Assembly: GCA_010093745.1 (NCBI GenBank)
Contig: MU005965.1
Span: forward strand, 1 to 64,000
Source of the DNA: Piedraia hortae CBS 480.64
Lineage: Eukaryota
Reading direction: 5' to 3'
DNA: 64,000 nt
Both the position numbers and the translations under genes were made by a program. Numbering within the stretch: the first letter of the stretch is position 1; each line of letters starts with the position of its first letter. The notes beneath the pieces were generated by a model, which worked only from the letters and a program-made list of their open reading frames with translations, did no database searches and was not told the DNA's origin. Positions 47,926-62,489 of this stretch are shown here, piece by piece.

Positions 47926-50389
47926 AGCGGGGGGTTTACTTTATGCTGCTACCTGATGTTCCACCGCAGATGTACCTCATCCCCCTCCCAGCATCCTGAC
48001 GACATCTCCAACCCTCCTTCAGCTGCGCCGCCTTCCTAACCCTTCAAACACCATGATAACTCTCCGAGAATATTTGCGCAATGTGCCTGTACCTTTGGAC
48101 GAGTCTCATCTGCCAATATCTCTATGCCTACTATGCCAAGGATCTTCCCACCATCGGGGCCGACGGCCCATATTCTGAAGACAGGATAGCTTCGGTTTGC
48201 AAGATTATAGATAAAGACACGTCTCACTGCAATCGCAATCAGGGTTTACTCGTTCGTGTCCATAACAAGCAACAATTGAAATGCAAGGATTGGGACGAGC
48301 ACTGAGAAATTCGCTACAGCAGGCTTTGAATGGGCCCATGTTCATGTTGCGATCTTGGATCGAGTCTGCTGTGGACGTATGGTCAGGTTCGTATCCGGGG
48401 CGCAGGCAGATTTCAACCGTCTTAGACTCTTGGGCAATGGGCTTTGCAGCTTCTTGACGGTTGGCCCATTCGGGAAAGGGGAAGAGGAATCGTGTCGCTT
48501 TATTAGGTATTGCTGATCTGAAAAGGCTAGTGAAGGAAGTGACTAGACTCATGGCCGGGGCGGATGCGGAGTTTAACTGTTCTGTGCGCCTGCGAAATTG
48601 GTTGTGCGGGTAGCTGATGATGGGGTGAGAGTTAGAGGGGAATAAGATGGTGTTGGGTCGTGCTCATATGGCTGAACGGGGAAGGTGAGCGATGGTAAAG
48701 TTCATGCGGTAGATGCGGATTCTGTGTGTGCATATCCTGGATGATTTTTCATTAAGATGGGCATGTTCCTTTCTTAATGTGAGGGGATTAGCAAGTATTT
48801 GAATACTTCGTTTTCGGAACAATCCTTTTCGAATATTCTTCTAGGCTTTGTAATAGTCTTGTTCCCCGTCGCGCATGTCTCACTGACCGATGCATTCCGC
48901 CGTCCTATACAAGGCACGAGGTAGGTGTATATCCCAAATGATTTACCGCGTTGCAATGACCTGACCTCTCACCCGACAACACAGTCCTCTACATTGGAAA
49001 GCCCTTGAAACATCTACCTCACGATACCATGAAAATTTGGCTAGGAAGAAACTAAACCCGTGACGAACATTACTGGACTTACAATTTTGCGGAAACTTTT
49101 CCAGGGTCGCGTTGTCGGCGAGAGGATATCACTTTTCCAGCCATCTAGTTTTCTACAACCGCAGCCAATTTTGTCTTCTGGAAAAACAAATCCTCCGCCT
49201 CCAGTTCCGTCTGTGGAAGAATATATATGCGCATCTCTTTTCTCCACCGAGCAATGAATCTCCGATTCGTTCCCAAGATAGAAGTAGACTCCCCATGCGC
49301 GAACAACCAACCTTCCATCCACCTGGAAAGTAACAGGCAATCTTTCTACTTACAGTATTATATCCTAGTCAACAATCACGCGCCCCCTATGAAACTATCC
49401 ATGAGGTCTTGCGTCGAACCGGACAGCCCATGTTGATTCCGATGTCCACATCGTGAAACTACTTTCCACCCAAGTCACGTTGGCCACTTCCGATAATCAC
49501 CGTTGATGTCAGCTGCTAGACCCGTTATCTGGTGCTGTAAAAAGGCAGGCGAGAAGGCTGCGTGTCTTTGCCAGAGCGTTTTGACTGAAGCCAGTGTCCT
49601 TCGGGATGCGGCTTTTACAGAACGAGCGCCGGGCCCCGCGGGCATTGAGCGTGTCAGGAATTGTTGCCTACCAGGGATAGGACGGGTTTTGAGGCATTTA
49701 CCACAGTGTACAGTTCGATGGCGTATGGGATCAGTTAGTCTTCTATTTCTTGACGGTTTGGACTGCATTCTATTTGGAATTGTTTCCCTTTTTGACGGGC
49801 AATATGGAAGGAGGTATCGAAGACCATACGATTTTGGCGAGGCAGAGGGCTTTGCTAGTACGGACGCAAACTTATACGGTACAATATAACTTCCAACAGC
49901 AGTGATGAAGATGAAGGCAGATCAAAGAAGCCATCCCCTGCGAGGGGTACAATCGATCGCGTCTGATCTTTGGTTTGCTGACACTACTTCATCTCAGGAT
50001 TATATCTATCGTCACCTCTCGAATCGGGAACTTCGTGGCGACCCAAATAAGCAGATCTAGCAACTTCTCGTGGTTTGGATTACGATGAAAATTCGCGTAT
50101 GGGGCTCGCAGAAGCCCGTCCAGGACTACTAAGAGCCGATGTTGTTTTCGTTTATTCTAGCGATGTGTTTTCCCGATGGTATTGCGGTACACAGCATACC
50201 AAAAGACCTGCAAAAGGCCTCAAAAATCTTTGGCAGCTTTTTGCCTGCCCCTGACAGGCCGGTTGCCATGGCATCGATAAGCAGATGGAGGTCCGGTGGA
50301 TCGTCATTAGGTACGCCAGCCTTTGGTGGCTCGTTCATTTGCGATAACACCACAGTTTATGGATCGTCTTTGGAACACTCGCTTCCAAC

Positions 50390-51250
50390 TTCGCCCACAT
50401 CACTTGCATAAAGTCGAAACAAGTGATGAAATCCATCTTTCAAAGTGGTTGTCCAGTGTTGAAAGTCCCAGAACGCAGTCGAGGGAAGGTGGTAACTGGT
50501 CTGCATCTACGCCTTGATTTGATGTAACGTAGAGTGGTTCCCTCCACTTTTAGACAGAGCTTCTGACTTCCAAACTATTTCGTTTGGCGATGCGGAAGAA
50601 ATTGGCGATTAACCGCTGGTAAACATTTGCAACGCCAAGGAACCCTTGGACATCCATCATGGATTTTGGCTGTGGCTATTTGTGGATGCAAGAATCTTTG
50701 TCGGGGTCCAGGTGTGTGCCCGATGTAGAGACTATTTGTCCGAGGTACTTTACATCGGTTGCTTCAAATGAACATTTGGAAATGTTTGCATGCAAGTCAT
50801 GCTCACGAGGCCTTTGGAAGACTTGTTTGACATGGGTATGATGCGTCTCAAGGTCGGGGCTATGTATTAGAGTGTCATCGATGGAGGCAGTGAAAAGGAA
50901 ATCGAGGTTTTCTCGCAGAGTTTGATTGATATATGCCTGGAAGGATGAAGGCGCGTTGTACGGCCCAAAGGGCATGACAAGGTATTTGTACAAGCCGTAC
51001 CTGGTCGTGAAGCCCGTTCTCCAACCGTCGCCTTTCCTTCACACGAAGCTTGTTGAGCGCGGATACTATTTCTAGTTTTGTGAAATATCTCGTGAACGAG
51101 AGCTGGGTGAGGGTTTCTTGCATTAGGGGAAGGGTATAACAAGTTTTGATAGTGATTACGTTAAGGCCTCCATAGTCTACGCAGATTCGCAGGCCACCAT
51201 TGGATTTTTTTTCGACGAAGAGAGCTGGGGAGGCTGCTGGGGACCGCGAC
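50390..51250 (-). mobile_element. Ty3/Gypsy reverse transcriptase remnant
   Basis: [42 protein letters not shown], decayed SIDD (YxDD), KCSF..VKYLG, VQGFLGVAN. Confidence 0.93.
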
Positions 51251-51751
51251 GGGCGTGAGCATCCTTTTTTAGGCTGGAATCGATCTGCTCTCGCAGAGCC
51301 TTCAGCTCATGGTAATTCATGGCATATGGGCGAGAGTGAGGCTAGCCTTTCCCGAGAAGGAGGTCGAATGAGTTTGCTGTTGGACAGGAAGCAAAGCGAC
51401 ATTGTGATCCTGACTGTGCTAATGCACTTCTTCTCGTTGCTGCCTCTAACCCCACAAGCCGCATCGAAGGAGAACTGCCAGAGGCGATATGCAAATTCAA
51501 TGTGACAGAAAGGTGAGGTACAATGTTGTGTGCCAAGACTGCACCACCATCAACACCCCACCTTCCCAAACTACACGTGCCAAGACCACATTACATGACA
51601 TCAACGAGAATCACCGGGAGACGGATGGAAGCTGAGTCGCATGGATACTAAATGCATCGTTTGAAGCACGATAGAGAGTATTCCTGTTACTTGTAAAAAA
51701 AGTAGTATAAACCCCCATATAAACCTCCAAGAAGAGATTACGTCTCAACAG

Positions 51752-52546
51752 CTACGGTACAGTAAGAAGCTGCTCAAAGAAACCATTCCTATTAAGCTGC
51801 GGGTCCCTGAGATGCACTTCCAAGATCCAATGTCTCTTGCAGCCACCCTTGCCGGTATCAGTCATACTAACCTTACAGCCGGGTGTTATATACAGCCCAA
51901 TCCTATCGTTTGGAATTCTTTCGTGTGGAAAATCGCCAACAATGTGGCCGGCAATATCTGCCCCCCACTCGTAGCCGCGTTTCCTGGCTTCTTCGCAGCC
52001 TATGGCGTACAACTCCTCGCCGGTCATGGACGGCCGTTCATCGTACCTTTGCTTAATGGCGTACCAAGTCGGCTCTAAGGCATCCCTGAGCGCTAGCTTG
52101 CGAGGGTCGGAACCGAGGACGTAGGTGCGGCCGAAATCGGCTTCCCAGGCCTCGAAGACGGGACCGAGGTCGATGATGACGATGTCGTCAGCCTCAAGCT
52201 CACGGTCTGGGGGATTTTCGGCGAATGGACACAGCGTGTTTGGCCCGCCACGAACGATGCGCTTGTGCCAGTGTGTGCGTACGCCTTGCTCGACGCCGAG
52301 CTCGTAGATTTCGGAATTAATCTTTGACTCGAGCTTGCTCGGTTGGATTAGCGGTTTGAGAGCATCAAAGAGGGCGATGGCTTTGGTTTCAGCTTCGCGC
52401 AGATGACAAGCGCGGTCTGCCTCTTCTTGAGGAGAGGCTATTTCTTGGTCTTTATTGCCAAACGAGGGCATCCACGAGGACAGTGATTGCATCTTGTGGC
52501 TGTGGTCAGGATCTGCAGGGACTGCGTGGTTGTGGATCAAAGACAT
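51752..52546 (-). CDS. Peptidase M24 family (pita-bread fold), intronless
   Basis: HWHKRIVR.GPNTL, DLGPVF..WEADFGRT, GHIVG.FPHE, ILEVH, FFEQL (D,D,H,E,E metal ligands). Confidence 0.9.
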   Translation of the reverse strand: MSLIHNHAVPADPDHSHKMQSLSSWMPSFGNKDQEIASPQEEADRACHLREAETKAIALFDALKPLIQPSKLESKINSEIYELGVEQGVRTHWHKRIVRGGPNTLCPFAENPPDRELEADDIVIIDLGPVFEAWEADFGRTYVLGSDPRKLALRDALEPTWYAIKQRYDERPSMTGEELYAIGCEEARKRGYEWGADIAGHIVGDFPHERIPNDRIGLYITPGCKVSMTDTGKGGCKRHWILEVHLRDPQLNRNGFFEQLLTVP

Positions 52547-52592
52547 TATGCTATTTTGTCGCTCAGCTACAACTACACTGTGCAAACTCGAT

Positions 52593-54143
<1,551 letters not shown>

Positions 54144-54224
54144 CTATCAGGTGCGCTCTTTTCGGAACGATTCCGCAGCAATGGCGTCACACGTCTGTCA
54201 CAATGCGCATCCGCCACACCTACC

Positions 54225-54785
54225 ATGGCCGCTCTGCGCACCTCCCTGCGAGGTCTGTCCTGGTTAAGCCAGCCTCGGTTTCGACGGCCTCTCACAATCG
54301 ACTCCGTTCCCTCCGAGGCCTATAGGCCGCACAGCCTAAAGCCGGAAATGCCGCCGCCGCGGAATGCAGACACATCCGCAAAAACAGACACACCGACCGA
54401 GCCGCCTTTCCGGGAACAAGACAATCCAGCGACCAAGAAAAGCAGATTACGCCCGCGGAAGGCCATTATGACTCTGACGCCCAAAGCTGTCGAGCAGCTA
54501 CAACGACTCTTTGAACAGCCAGACGCGAGACTTGTGCGGATCGGTGTCAAGAACAGAGGATGTTCGGGCCTTGCATACAACCTAGAATACGTCGATAAAC
54601 CAGGCAAATTTGACGAGCAAGTAGAGCAAGACGGCGTCAAGGTCCTCGTCGACAGCAAGGCGCTGTTCAGCATAATCGGCTCGGAGATGGATTGGATAGA
54701 GGACAAACTCAGCGCACGCTTCGTGTTCAAGAATCCCAACATAACAGAACATTGCGGATGCGGTGAGAGCTTTAGCGTTTCATAG
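54225..54785 (+). CDS. ISA1: Mitochondrial Fe-S cluster assembly protein Isa1
   Basis: Arg-rich presequence, GVKNRGCSGLAY, CGCGESF. Confidence 0.95.
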   Translation: MAALRTSLRGLSWLSQPRFRRPLTIDSVPSEAYRPHSLKPEMPPPRNADTSAKTDTPTEPPFREQDNPATKKSRLRPRKAIMTLTPKAVEQLQRLFEQPDARLVRIGVKNRGCSGLAYNLEYVDKPGKFDEQVEQDGVKVLVDSKALFSIIGSEMDWIEDKLSARFVFKNPNITEHCGCGESFSVS

Positions 54786-54816
54786 AAGACTTTATGATAT
54801 CTGTACAGCAGCTTCG

Positions 54817-55399
54817 TCACAACAACTTCAGTTGGCCCGTCACCTCATCAACCTTGCTCTTGGGAGCCGGTCCAATGCCCAGAACCGTTGCCGAACCACT
54901 CGCTATCTGCGTGCGTCCGGCATCATGAATAATCTGGACACACAAGCCGAGACTCACAGCTTGCGCCTGGAGTATGAGCAGTTCCTCTTCCGAATCAGCC
55001 TTCAACGCGACTTTGGCCTGGCCACTCCTCTCCCAACGCCGCAAGAGATTCTTATCACGGATGGCCTTGTAACAGGCCAACGTAGCATGGCCACACTGAG
55101 CTGCAATCTTCCCTTTTACGCATCAGCAAAGCATGGCGGAAGATTGGACAAACCTCACCTTTGGTCATGCCTAGATCCGTGCGAACGACGAGAACGAGTT
55201 TACATTCCTCCCCAGAGTTCTTCTCTTTGGAGCTTGCTTCTTCGTCGCTGCTTGAATTGTCCGCATTCTCGGGCGCAATCGCAGACCCGCCAAAGATGCC
55301 TATGGAGCGCGCTTGGCCAATGTAGTAACCCAGTAAACCCGAAATTATCGCCGAGCTCAGCGCAATTGTCGCTGTAGAGGGAGGCTCTGAGGCTTGCAT
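54817..55399 (-). CDS. PTH2: Peptidyl-tRNA hydrolase 2; intron 55113-55158
   Basis: N-terminal TM, KLVLVVRTDLGMTKG-KIAAQCGHA, IHDAGRTQIASGSATVLGIGP. Confidence 0.95.
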
Positions 55400-56509
55400 T
55401 GTGCTGTTCGATATTGAGAGGTTTGCGAGTGGGTGCTGTGTGTTGATGATGTCACTGCTCTCGAAGCCACAGGCGCGGTACCTGAATGGGAAAAGGTTGT
55501 AGCTCAATGAGGCGTAGTGTGAAAATGTCACAAACGGTTCATGTTTGAGAGCGAGTTATGGAATGACGACAACTATGGGGAGATGTCAACCGACAGGCCA
55601 ACACTCTAGGATGGCTTGAGCAGTCTGGAAGGCTCAACAAGGAGAAGTAGATGAGTTGGATGGCCTGTCTCATGCCTCACTGCCTGGATACATACCACGG
55701 GACACATTCTTTAGCATCCGTCTTCTCCAATGAACTGACCACGAGATAGACTTCGCGTAGAACTGCTTGAACTGATCCAGATGGTAAATAGCAGTCGGCA
55801 ATGAAGTCTGGAGGATGCGATTATGAAACGCGAGGCATGCACCTTTGAGAGTACGCGAATCAATCTGTTCCAGCGTAATGAGGATTCAGACTCTCATCAA
55901 GAGAAAAAAAAAAAAAGAAGTTCGACCGGTGCATCGTCGATGAGATCTAACACAAGATGATATCTACCATGACCGATTGATGTCGTCTTTGTGAAATGCT
56001 TTTATCATACCTGACTGGGTCCTCTATCTTGAGAGGAATCTTTTCCTTGGTGCAGTTGACGTCAGATCCAGTTGCCTTGCAGTTTGACCAACCACATCCA
56101 TGCAGCCCATGTCCATCCTGCTGCTCATGCATGACGACTATGCAGGGTTCAACAAAGGGATCTGGACCCTGCAGCTGTCATCACTAGCGCCTTTTCTGTC
56201 TTTGACGGTGTGTTCGTTGCCACCATGTGCCGAGCGATTAAAGGTACATGTCACCCAGAGTATGTGACTTTCACTGTGAAGGAATTACAACCACGCTATC
56301 CTGCTTGTGACGTTGTTTCTAACATTACCCCGCTGATCTGAACGACCCCTGATCGGCCGGCAGCTGTCTGCAGGGAGCTCAAATGTCAGACTAACCAGAT
56401 TGGGCACAATGCACTGATTACGTGCTGGGGGTGGATTATGGCGTAATGCTAGTGGATATACCTCTTGTAAAACAAGTAGCCCACACTCACTTGTACGCAG
56501 CGAGAAACC

Positions 56510-58210
56510 ATGGACACAACATACAGCCCCAAGAAGGCACCCGAAACGCCACCCATTTCTCCTCCATCGGGCTTCGTTGGCCAGCAAGGCTTCAGCACGC
56601 CCCTCTTCTCCACTCGTCCCAATGTGCTCTTCATCATTGCAGATCAGCTGTCAGCGCCGCTTCTCAAGATACACAAGCCTGATAGCCAGATCAAGACGCC
56701 TAACATAGATCGGTTAGCGGAGCGTTCAGTCGTGTTTGAATCAGCTTATTGTAACTCTCCGCTCTGCGCCCCCAGTCGCATGTCCATGATCAGCGGCCAG
56801 CTGCCTTCACGCATTGCGGCTTACGACAATGCGAGCCCCATTCCAGAAGATACGGCAACGTATGCCCACTATGCGCGGCAGGCTGGCTACGAGTGCGTGC
56901 TCGGCGGAAAGATGCACTTTATTGGAGACCAGCTGCATGGTTACGAATACAGGCTGACATCTGACATCTACCCCGCAGACCTGGGCTGGTCAGTCAACTG
57001 GGACGAACCAGACAGACGACTCGAGTGGTATCACAACAGCTCGTCTATCCTGCAGGCTGGACCATGCGTGCGCAGCAACCAGCTCGACTATGACGAGGAA
57101 GTCATGTACAAATCGAAGCAGTTCCTGTACGACCATGTGCGAAAGCCGGCCGATAGCCGTCCGTTCTTTCTGACCGTGTCGTTGACGCACCCGCATGACC
57201 CTTACTGCATTGAGCAAAAGTATTGGGACATGTACAACGACGTCGAGATTGATCTGCCAGAAGTGCCTGCAATCCCATATGAGAAGCAAGACGGACACAG
57301 CAAGCGGCTGCAGTACGTCTGCGATCTCAAGGGAAGAGAGTTTACAGCCGAACAGATCAAAAAGGCAAGGCGAGCTTATTATGGAGCAGTAAGCTACGTT
57401 GATGACTGCATTGGGATACTGCTGTCGACGCTTGAGCAGTGTGGGCTAGCCGAGAATACGATTGTGATATTCTCTGGCGATCACGGGGATATGTTAGGCG
57501 AGCGCGGGCTGTGGTACAAAATGTCTTACTTTGAGCCCTCGGTGCGAGTGCCACTGCTGTTTAGCTATCCCAAAATATGGGCGCCACATCGGGTGCCGCA
57601 GAGCGTCAGCACGCTAGATCTATTGCCGACGCTAGTCGACGTATTTGGCGGTATTCTGGAACCCGGCCTGCCCATGGATGGCGTAAGCCTCCTTCCGCAT
57701 TTGACAGGTCGCTATGACAGGAACAAGATCCACGATAACGTGTTTGCAGAGTACATGGGCGAGGGCACCGTGGCGCCCATGATGATGATCCGACGCGGGC
57801 CGTGGAAGTACATTACATGTCCCGCCGACGACGATCTGTTCTACAACCTCTCCGACGATCCGTTGGAGTTGAACAACTTGGCCGGTAAGGCCGAGTGCAA
57901 AGATGTCTACGAGGGGTTTGTTCAAGAAGCAAAGGCCAAGTGGGACATGGAAGCGATCCGAAAAGACGTCCTTAAGCGCCAACGCCAGCGGCGATTCTGC
58001 CACCAGGCACTCAAGAGGGGTAAGTGGACGCCGTGGGATTATAAGGTTCCAGACGATGGCCAGGACAAATATATCCGCAGCCATATGGATCTCGATGATC
58101 TCGAGCGGCGCGCTCGCTTCCCCATCGTAGACGAACTTGGCAACATCAAGAAGATGGGAGGAGCGCGAGACTTTTGCATCCCGCACCAAGCTGGTGCTTA
58201 CGGGCAGTGA
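56510..58210 (+). CDS. betC: Choline sulfatase, intronless
   Basis: PNVLFIIADQ, CAPSR formylglycine motif, GKMHF, RLTSDIYPAD.GW, SDHGDMLGERGLWYKMS-like, YIRSHMDLDDLE tail. Confidence 0.93.
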   Translation: MDTTYSPKKAPETPPISPPSGFVGQQGFSTPLFSTRPNVLFIIADQLSAPLLKIHKPDSQIKTPNIDRLAERSVVFESAYCNSPLCAPSRMSMISGQLPSRIAAYDNASPIPEDTATYAHYARQAGYECVLGGKMHFIGDQLHGYEYRLTSDIYPADLGWSVNWDEPDRRLEWYHNSSSILQAGPCVRSNQLDYDEEVMYKSKQFLYDHVRKPADSRPFFLTVSLTHPHDPYCIEQKYWDMYNDVEIDLPEVPAIPYEKQDGHSKRLQYVCDLKGREFTAEQIKKARRAYYGAVSYVDDCIGILLSTLEQCGLAENTIVIFSGDHGDMLGERGLWYKMSYFEPSVRVPLLFSYPKIWAPHRVPQSVSTLDLLPTLVDVFGGILEPGLPMDGVSLLPHLTGRYDRNKIHDNVFAEYMGEGTVAPMMMIRRGPWKYITCPADDDLFYNLSDDPLELNNLAGKAECKDVYEGFVQEAKAKWDMEAIRKDVLKRQRQRRFCHQALKRGKWTPWDYKVPDDGQDKYIRSHMDLDDLERRARFPIVDELGNIKKMGGARDFCIPHQAGAYGQ

Positions 58211-59386
58211 TTGACGGAGTGACAGAAAGACCGAGCTTAACAGGAGCCATGTGAGCATAAGCAAGACTTAATTAGACGAATGCAGTACGTGACCGTTGCC
58301 AAGAGATATTCTTTGTGTGACTGACGCGTCACCCCATTTGGCGCTAATCCATCTCCGGCCGCATGCGGCCAAGTGGCGGGGTCTGTCAAGTGGCAACGTC
58401 GCCACACGCTCAACCAGTCCGCCATTTGCATTGCGGAAAGGAAGTTCCTGAGGGAGGATTAGAGAGAGGAAGTAATAGATAAGCCCCCGGCCCCAAGAAA
58501 CCGAGCTATTTTCAGCCTGCGAACGGTTCCAGCCGAACGTCCGAACCATTCCGACAGGGATTGTGATCTTTCAATGACAAGAGATAGGTAGAAAGCATGC
58601 AAGGCCAACGGGCTCCTGTGTCACGCGGTGAAACTTGATCCTGTTTGCGATCTGCTATGCAACACCAGTTCTTGTTTACCATTCCTTCCAGACATGTGGG
58701 TCTGGGCCACCAATTTTTGACAGATTGTACCATGGTCCACCATCGGCGTTCGGTATCTTTTTGGTTGTTTTCCTTTTCTTCGTAGAATTTTTAGAGAGGC
58801 AAAGATGCGCCACAGTTGTGTACATGCTAGATGGACCCAGCCTCCAGATCTTCCTGTAGAAGGAAAAGAACAAAAGTAAATTAAGCCGCATGCGGGAATA
58901 TCGCCACCACAGCTCAATCCCCCCAGCCATTGTCCGAGACTAAGTGCTCACATGCAAAGCGTAGTTGGGGAGGGGGGGGGGGGGGGGGGGGGAGGGGGGG
59001 AATCTCGTGCCGGTACGAGTGGTGAGGGCCAAGCCCCCAATGAGAAGGTAAGGTCGGTGATCCACTTCTTGCCTCTGCGGCGCTGGTAATCGGTGCCTCT
59101 CGGCTTGCCGCCCACTTGCAACAACCCCCCACCCCCGCGCGCGCGTGTGTCCGTTTTCAGTTACAAATTGAGCTCACATTCCTTGCCTCCCTCTTCTGAC
59201 TGCTTTTTGCATTGGTGCCAAAAACAACAATATCACAACACAGCCATAAAGTCTCAGCCTTTCCTCCTTCGTCCAACCAACAAACAACAATTGTCCTCCA
59301 CCCACGTTTGACAACCTCTCGTTTCCGTGGCCGATTTTAATACGTCGTCTTTAATTTCATCCCACCCCGCAATACAGTATCCGAAG

Positions 59387-60650
59387 ATGCGTTCGTCATT
59401 CGCTGTCGTCGCCGGCCTCGTCGGCCTGGCCGTCGCCAGCCCCATGCCTCAGGGTGTCACCTCTGCCATTGCCCCATCTGCTTCGGCTGCGGGCTGTTCG
59501 GCCAGCTACAGCGGCAAGTTTGAGATCCAGGTGGTTAACATTACGTCCAAGCGCATGGTCAAGGTAAGGAGCAAGCCCGTTTAGCTTCTCTTGGGAAATT
59601 GACGACTGACACTGTGCGTAGCGTGCTGACGCCCTTACCATGACACTTAAAGATGGTGTCCTGAAGGATGCCAAGGGACGTACCGGTTACATTGCCGCCA
59701 ACCACCAGTTCCAATTCGACGAGCCGCCGCAGACGGGTGCGATATACACGGCTGGCTTCTCAGTCTGCCCGAACAACTCTTTGGCCATCGGCAACGACGC
59801 CACCTGGGCTCAGTGCCTCAGTGGCACCTTTTACAACCTCTATGATGATAGCGAAGCCTCGCAGTGTTCTCCCGTTCACATTCAGGTCCTCGGCGGCAGT
59901 GGTAGCAATAACGTTGCAAGTCAGACGGCTGACGGCCAGGTCACTGGCTCGCCTGTCGCGTCTGTCAGCCAAATCTCGGACGGACAAGTGCAGGCAACGT
60001 CGGGCGCCGTTTCTCAAATCTCGGACGGACAGGTTCAAGCAACGTCGGCCGCGGCTGGAGGTGTGAGCCAGATCTCCGACGGCCAGGTCCAGGCCACCGG
60101 CGCTGCTCTCGGCGAGCTCTCTGACGGGCAGGTTCAAGTAAGTTTCTTGGTCAAACTCTATCTCCGCGAAGACAGCGACTGACTGCCATCTCAGGTCTCG
60201 ACTGCTGCTGCCACTGCCGCTGCCGCTGCCACCGGCGCAGGCGTCTCGCAGATCTCTGACGGCCAGGTCCAGGCCGGCACCACGGCATCCGCTGCCGGCT
60301 CGGCCGCATCTTCGGGCGCTGCTGTCACCCAGATCAGCGACGGCCAAGTTCAGGCCGCGACGACCACTGGCGCCGCTGTTAGCCAGATTAGCGACGGTCA
60401 GGTCCAGGCCGGTACGACCACCGGTGCTGCTGTGAGCCAAATCAGTGACGGTCAGGTCCAGGCCGGAACTGCCACCGGTGCTGCTGTGAGCCAAATCAGC
60501 GACGGTCAGGTTCAGGCCGGTACGGCCACCGGCTCCGCCGCTTCCGCTTCCGCTTCCGCTGAGCCATACACCGGCGCCGCGTCGATCTCGTCGGTGAAGA
60601 AGGAGTCCTTTGCCCTTGTCGCCGCCATCGTTGCACTCGCCTATCTGTAA
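59387..60650 (+). CDS. PIR-repeat cell wall protein; introns 59564-59621 and 60138-60194
   Basis: Signal peptide, [29 protein letters not shown] domain, about 10 [10 protein letters not shown] repeats, hydrophobic GPI-like C-terminus. Confidence 0.93.
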
Positions 60651-62489
60651 ATACTCTGGACGGGTCTTGGTTGTTTTTGTGTTTCATGTGCATATGAACG
60701 AAGGATGGATAAGGGTTTAATGTCTGCCGTGAACAACTTCTCAAGGGAAGTTGTTGGGCTTGGTCCATGAGTTGGGTGTCCTCTTGTTAGCGTTTTAGAT
60801 GGGCTCGCATTAGACGGGATTATTCATTTCCATTGGTCTGGTTTCTTCGTCTTCGTTGTGCGAGTGTAGTTCCCCTTGGCCCCTTGAGAAATGACGATGG
60901 AACTGGTACGGGTCACTTAGCGTTGGCACATGTGAGAGACGATGCATTAGGTTTCATGCAGGAAGATCGCTTTGTTGGTTTGTCTACAACTCGTGTCCAG
61001 CATTCTCGAAAGCAGAGCACCCTCAATGGTGGAACTCCAGATAGTTTGATGCCTAATGCATAAAGGCTATATGAACCGAGGACTCGAGGAAAGGTGCACC
61101 GTTAAACCTGCAGTATGCAGGAGGTAACCCGCTATCATCAATATATGACTATATAACTCGTTTCGCCGCTACAGTTCCTGCATATCGTGTTAGCACGCTC
61201 CCTGATAATAGCAGGCAAGTGCAGTGCAGAATATCAGACATCCAAGGAAGTGTTACGCTCAACGGCTCCCTGAGGGGTTCTCGGTGGGGCTCACGTGGAA
61301 ACTGCGAATGTAGGGAAGAGTTTCATCATGGAAGAGAGAAAAAAAAATGATTGCTTCACTTACCATCGGGTTCCGAACAATCCGGCCCGGTGGCAGCCAG
61401 TGCGACCTCCAGCGTGCAGTACAACCTGGTTTCTGTCAGCAGTAGATCCACTAAGGATAACGAAAGCGGTTCGAGTTCCTGTATCAGACAAGAGTAACTG
61501 GCAAGTTTACATCCACAAATGGACGAACAGACTGATTTCAGCATGGGCGAATCAGGTGGGAAAAGAAGACAATTTGTTGGTTGTCATCAGGGAGAGACGA
61601 GGCAGGAAAAGAAGAAGACTTACCGAACGCGCGGTGCAGCTGGACGGTTGATAGAGAGGGCCGTTGGCCGGCCGGTGACTGCGACGCGGTGGATTGAAGA
61701 AGAGAAGAATGAAAAAGTCGCGCACAGAATTTGAACCCCTAAAAATTGGGTGGAACGGGCCGGGGTGGGCCGCCCCCACTGGACCCACTTCTCAGCTCCC
61801 CATGACCAATGCGCTAATTTTCGGGTACTCTCATCCATCGCACCCAACCACGTCGTCTGCAGTCGCATCACCCAGTACTAATCATCTTCACTCTTCATCT
61901 GTATCGACCTTTGGTTGCCAGATCACTACATCGGTACAAATCACATCCAGCCACCAGTTCACTCCCCGGATTGGAGTGGCGGGCGTCATCCCGACCAGCG
62001 CGACAGTCGCTAACATTTGTTCCCAGACCGACGCGATTGACTTGGACAGGCCATTTTTTTTTGGCCCTTTACATCTCCCGGGTTCCCGACTCTCCGAATT
62101 TGGCCTATTCGGCTACTTTCGAGCGACATCGCACTTGGAGCGCTGTCGCGTTCGGCGCCTAACGAAGATCCACCTACCAGCCTTTTACAATTCAGTCGCA
62201 CCTCATTTTGACTCGAAAGCAGCTTGTTTGCATCCAAAATCGACGAAAAACTTGCAAGGACGGGGTGGAGAGTTGTTGCACAATTCCCCTTCGTTCATCT
62301 GGGAAATGTACTAGACCAGCGCGGTTCAGAACTGTCCAGGCGCTCTATGAATTGCAGGTCGGAGCGGGGATCAGCGACGCGACCGCGACCCCATCGCCTT
62401 CAGAGCACCGGCACCACGACGACGGACTATCTAATTCCTACAGCAAACAGCTTGATTGCCTCGAGATATCTTGATATAATTGTTGCAAG

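Noticed and set aside
56510..58210. Choline sulfatase as a recent bacterial transfer or contaminant
   Set aside because: BetC-like choline sulfatases are widespread in filamentous ascomycetes, and lack of introns is normal in this window.
59920..60530. Regular repeats with variable spacers, superficially CRISPR-like
   Set aside because: In-frame PIR peptide repeats with synonymous variation inside a spliced eukaryotic gene.
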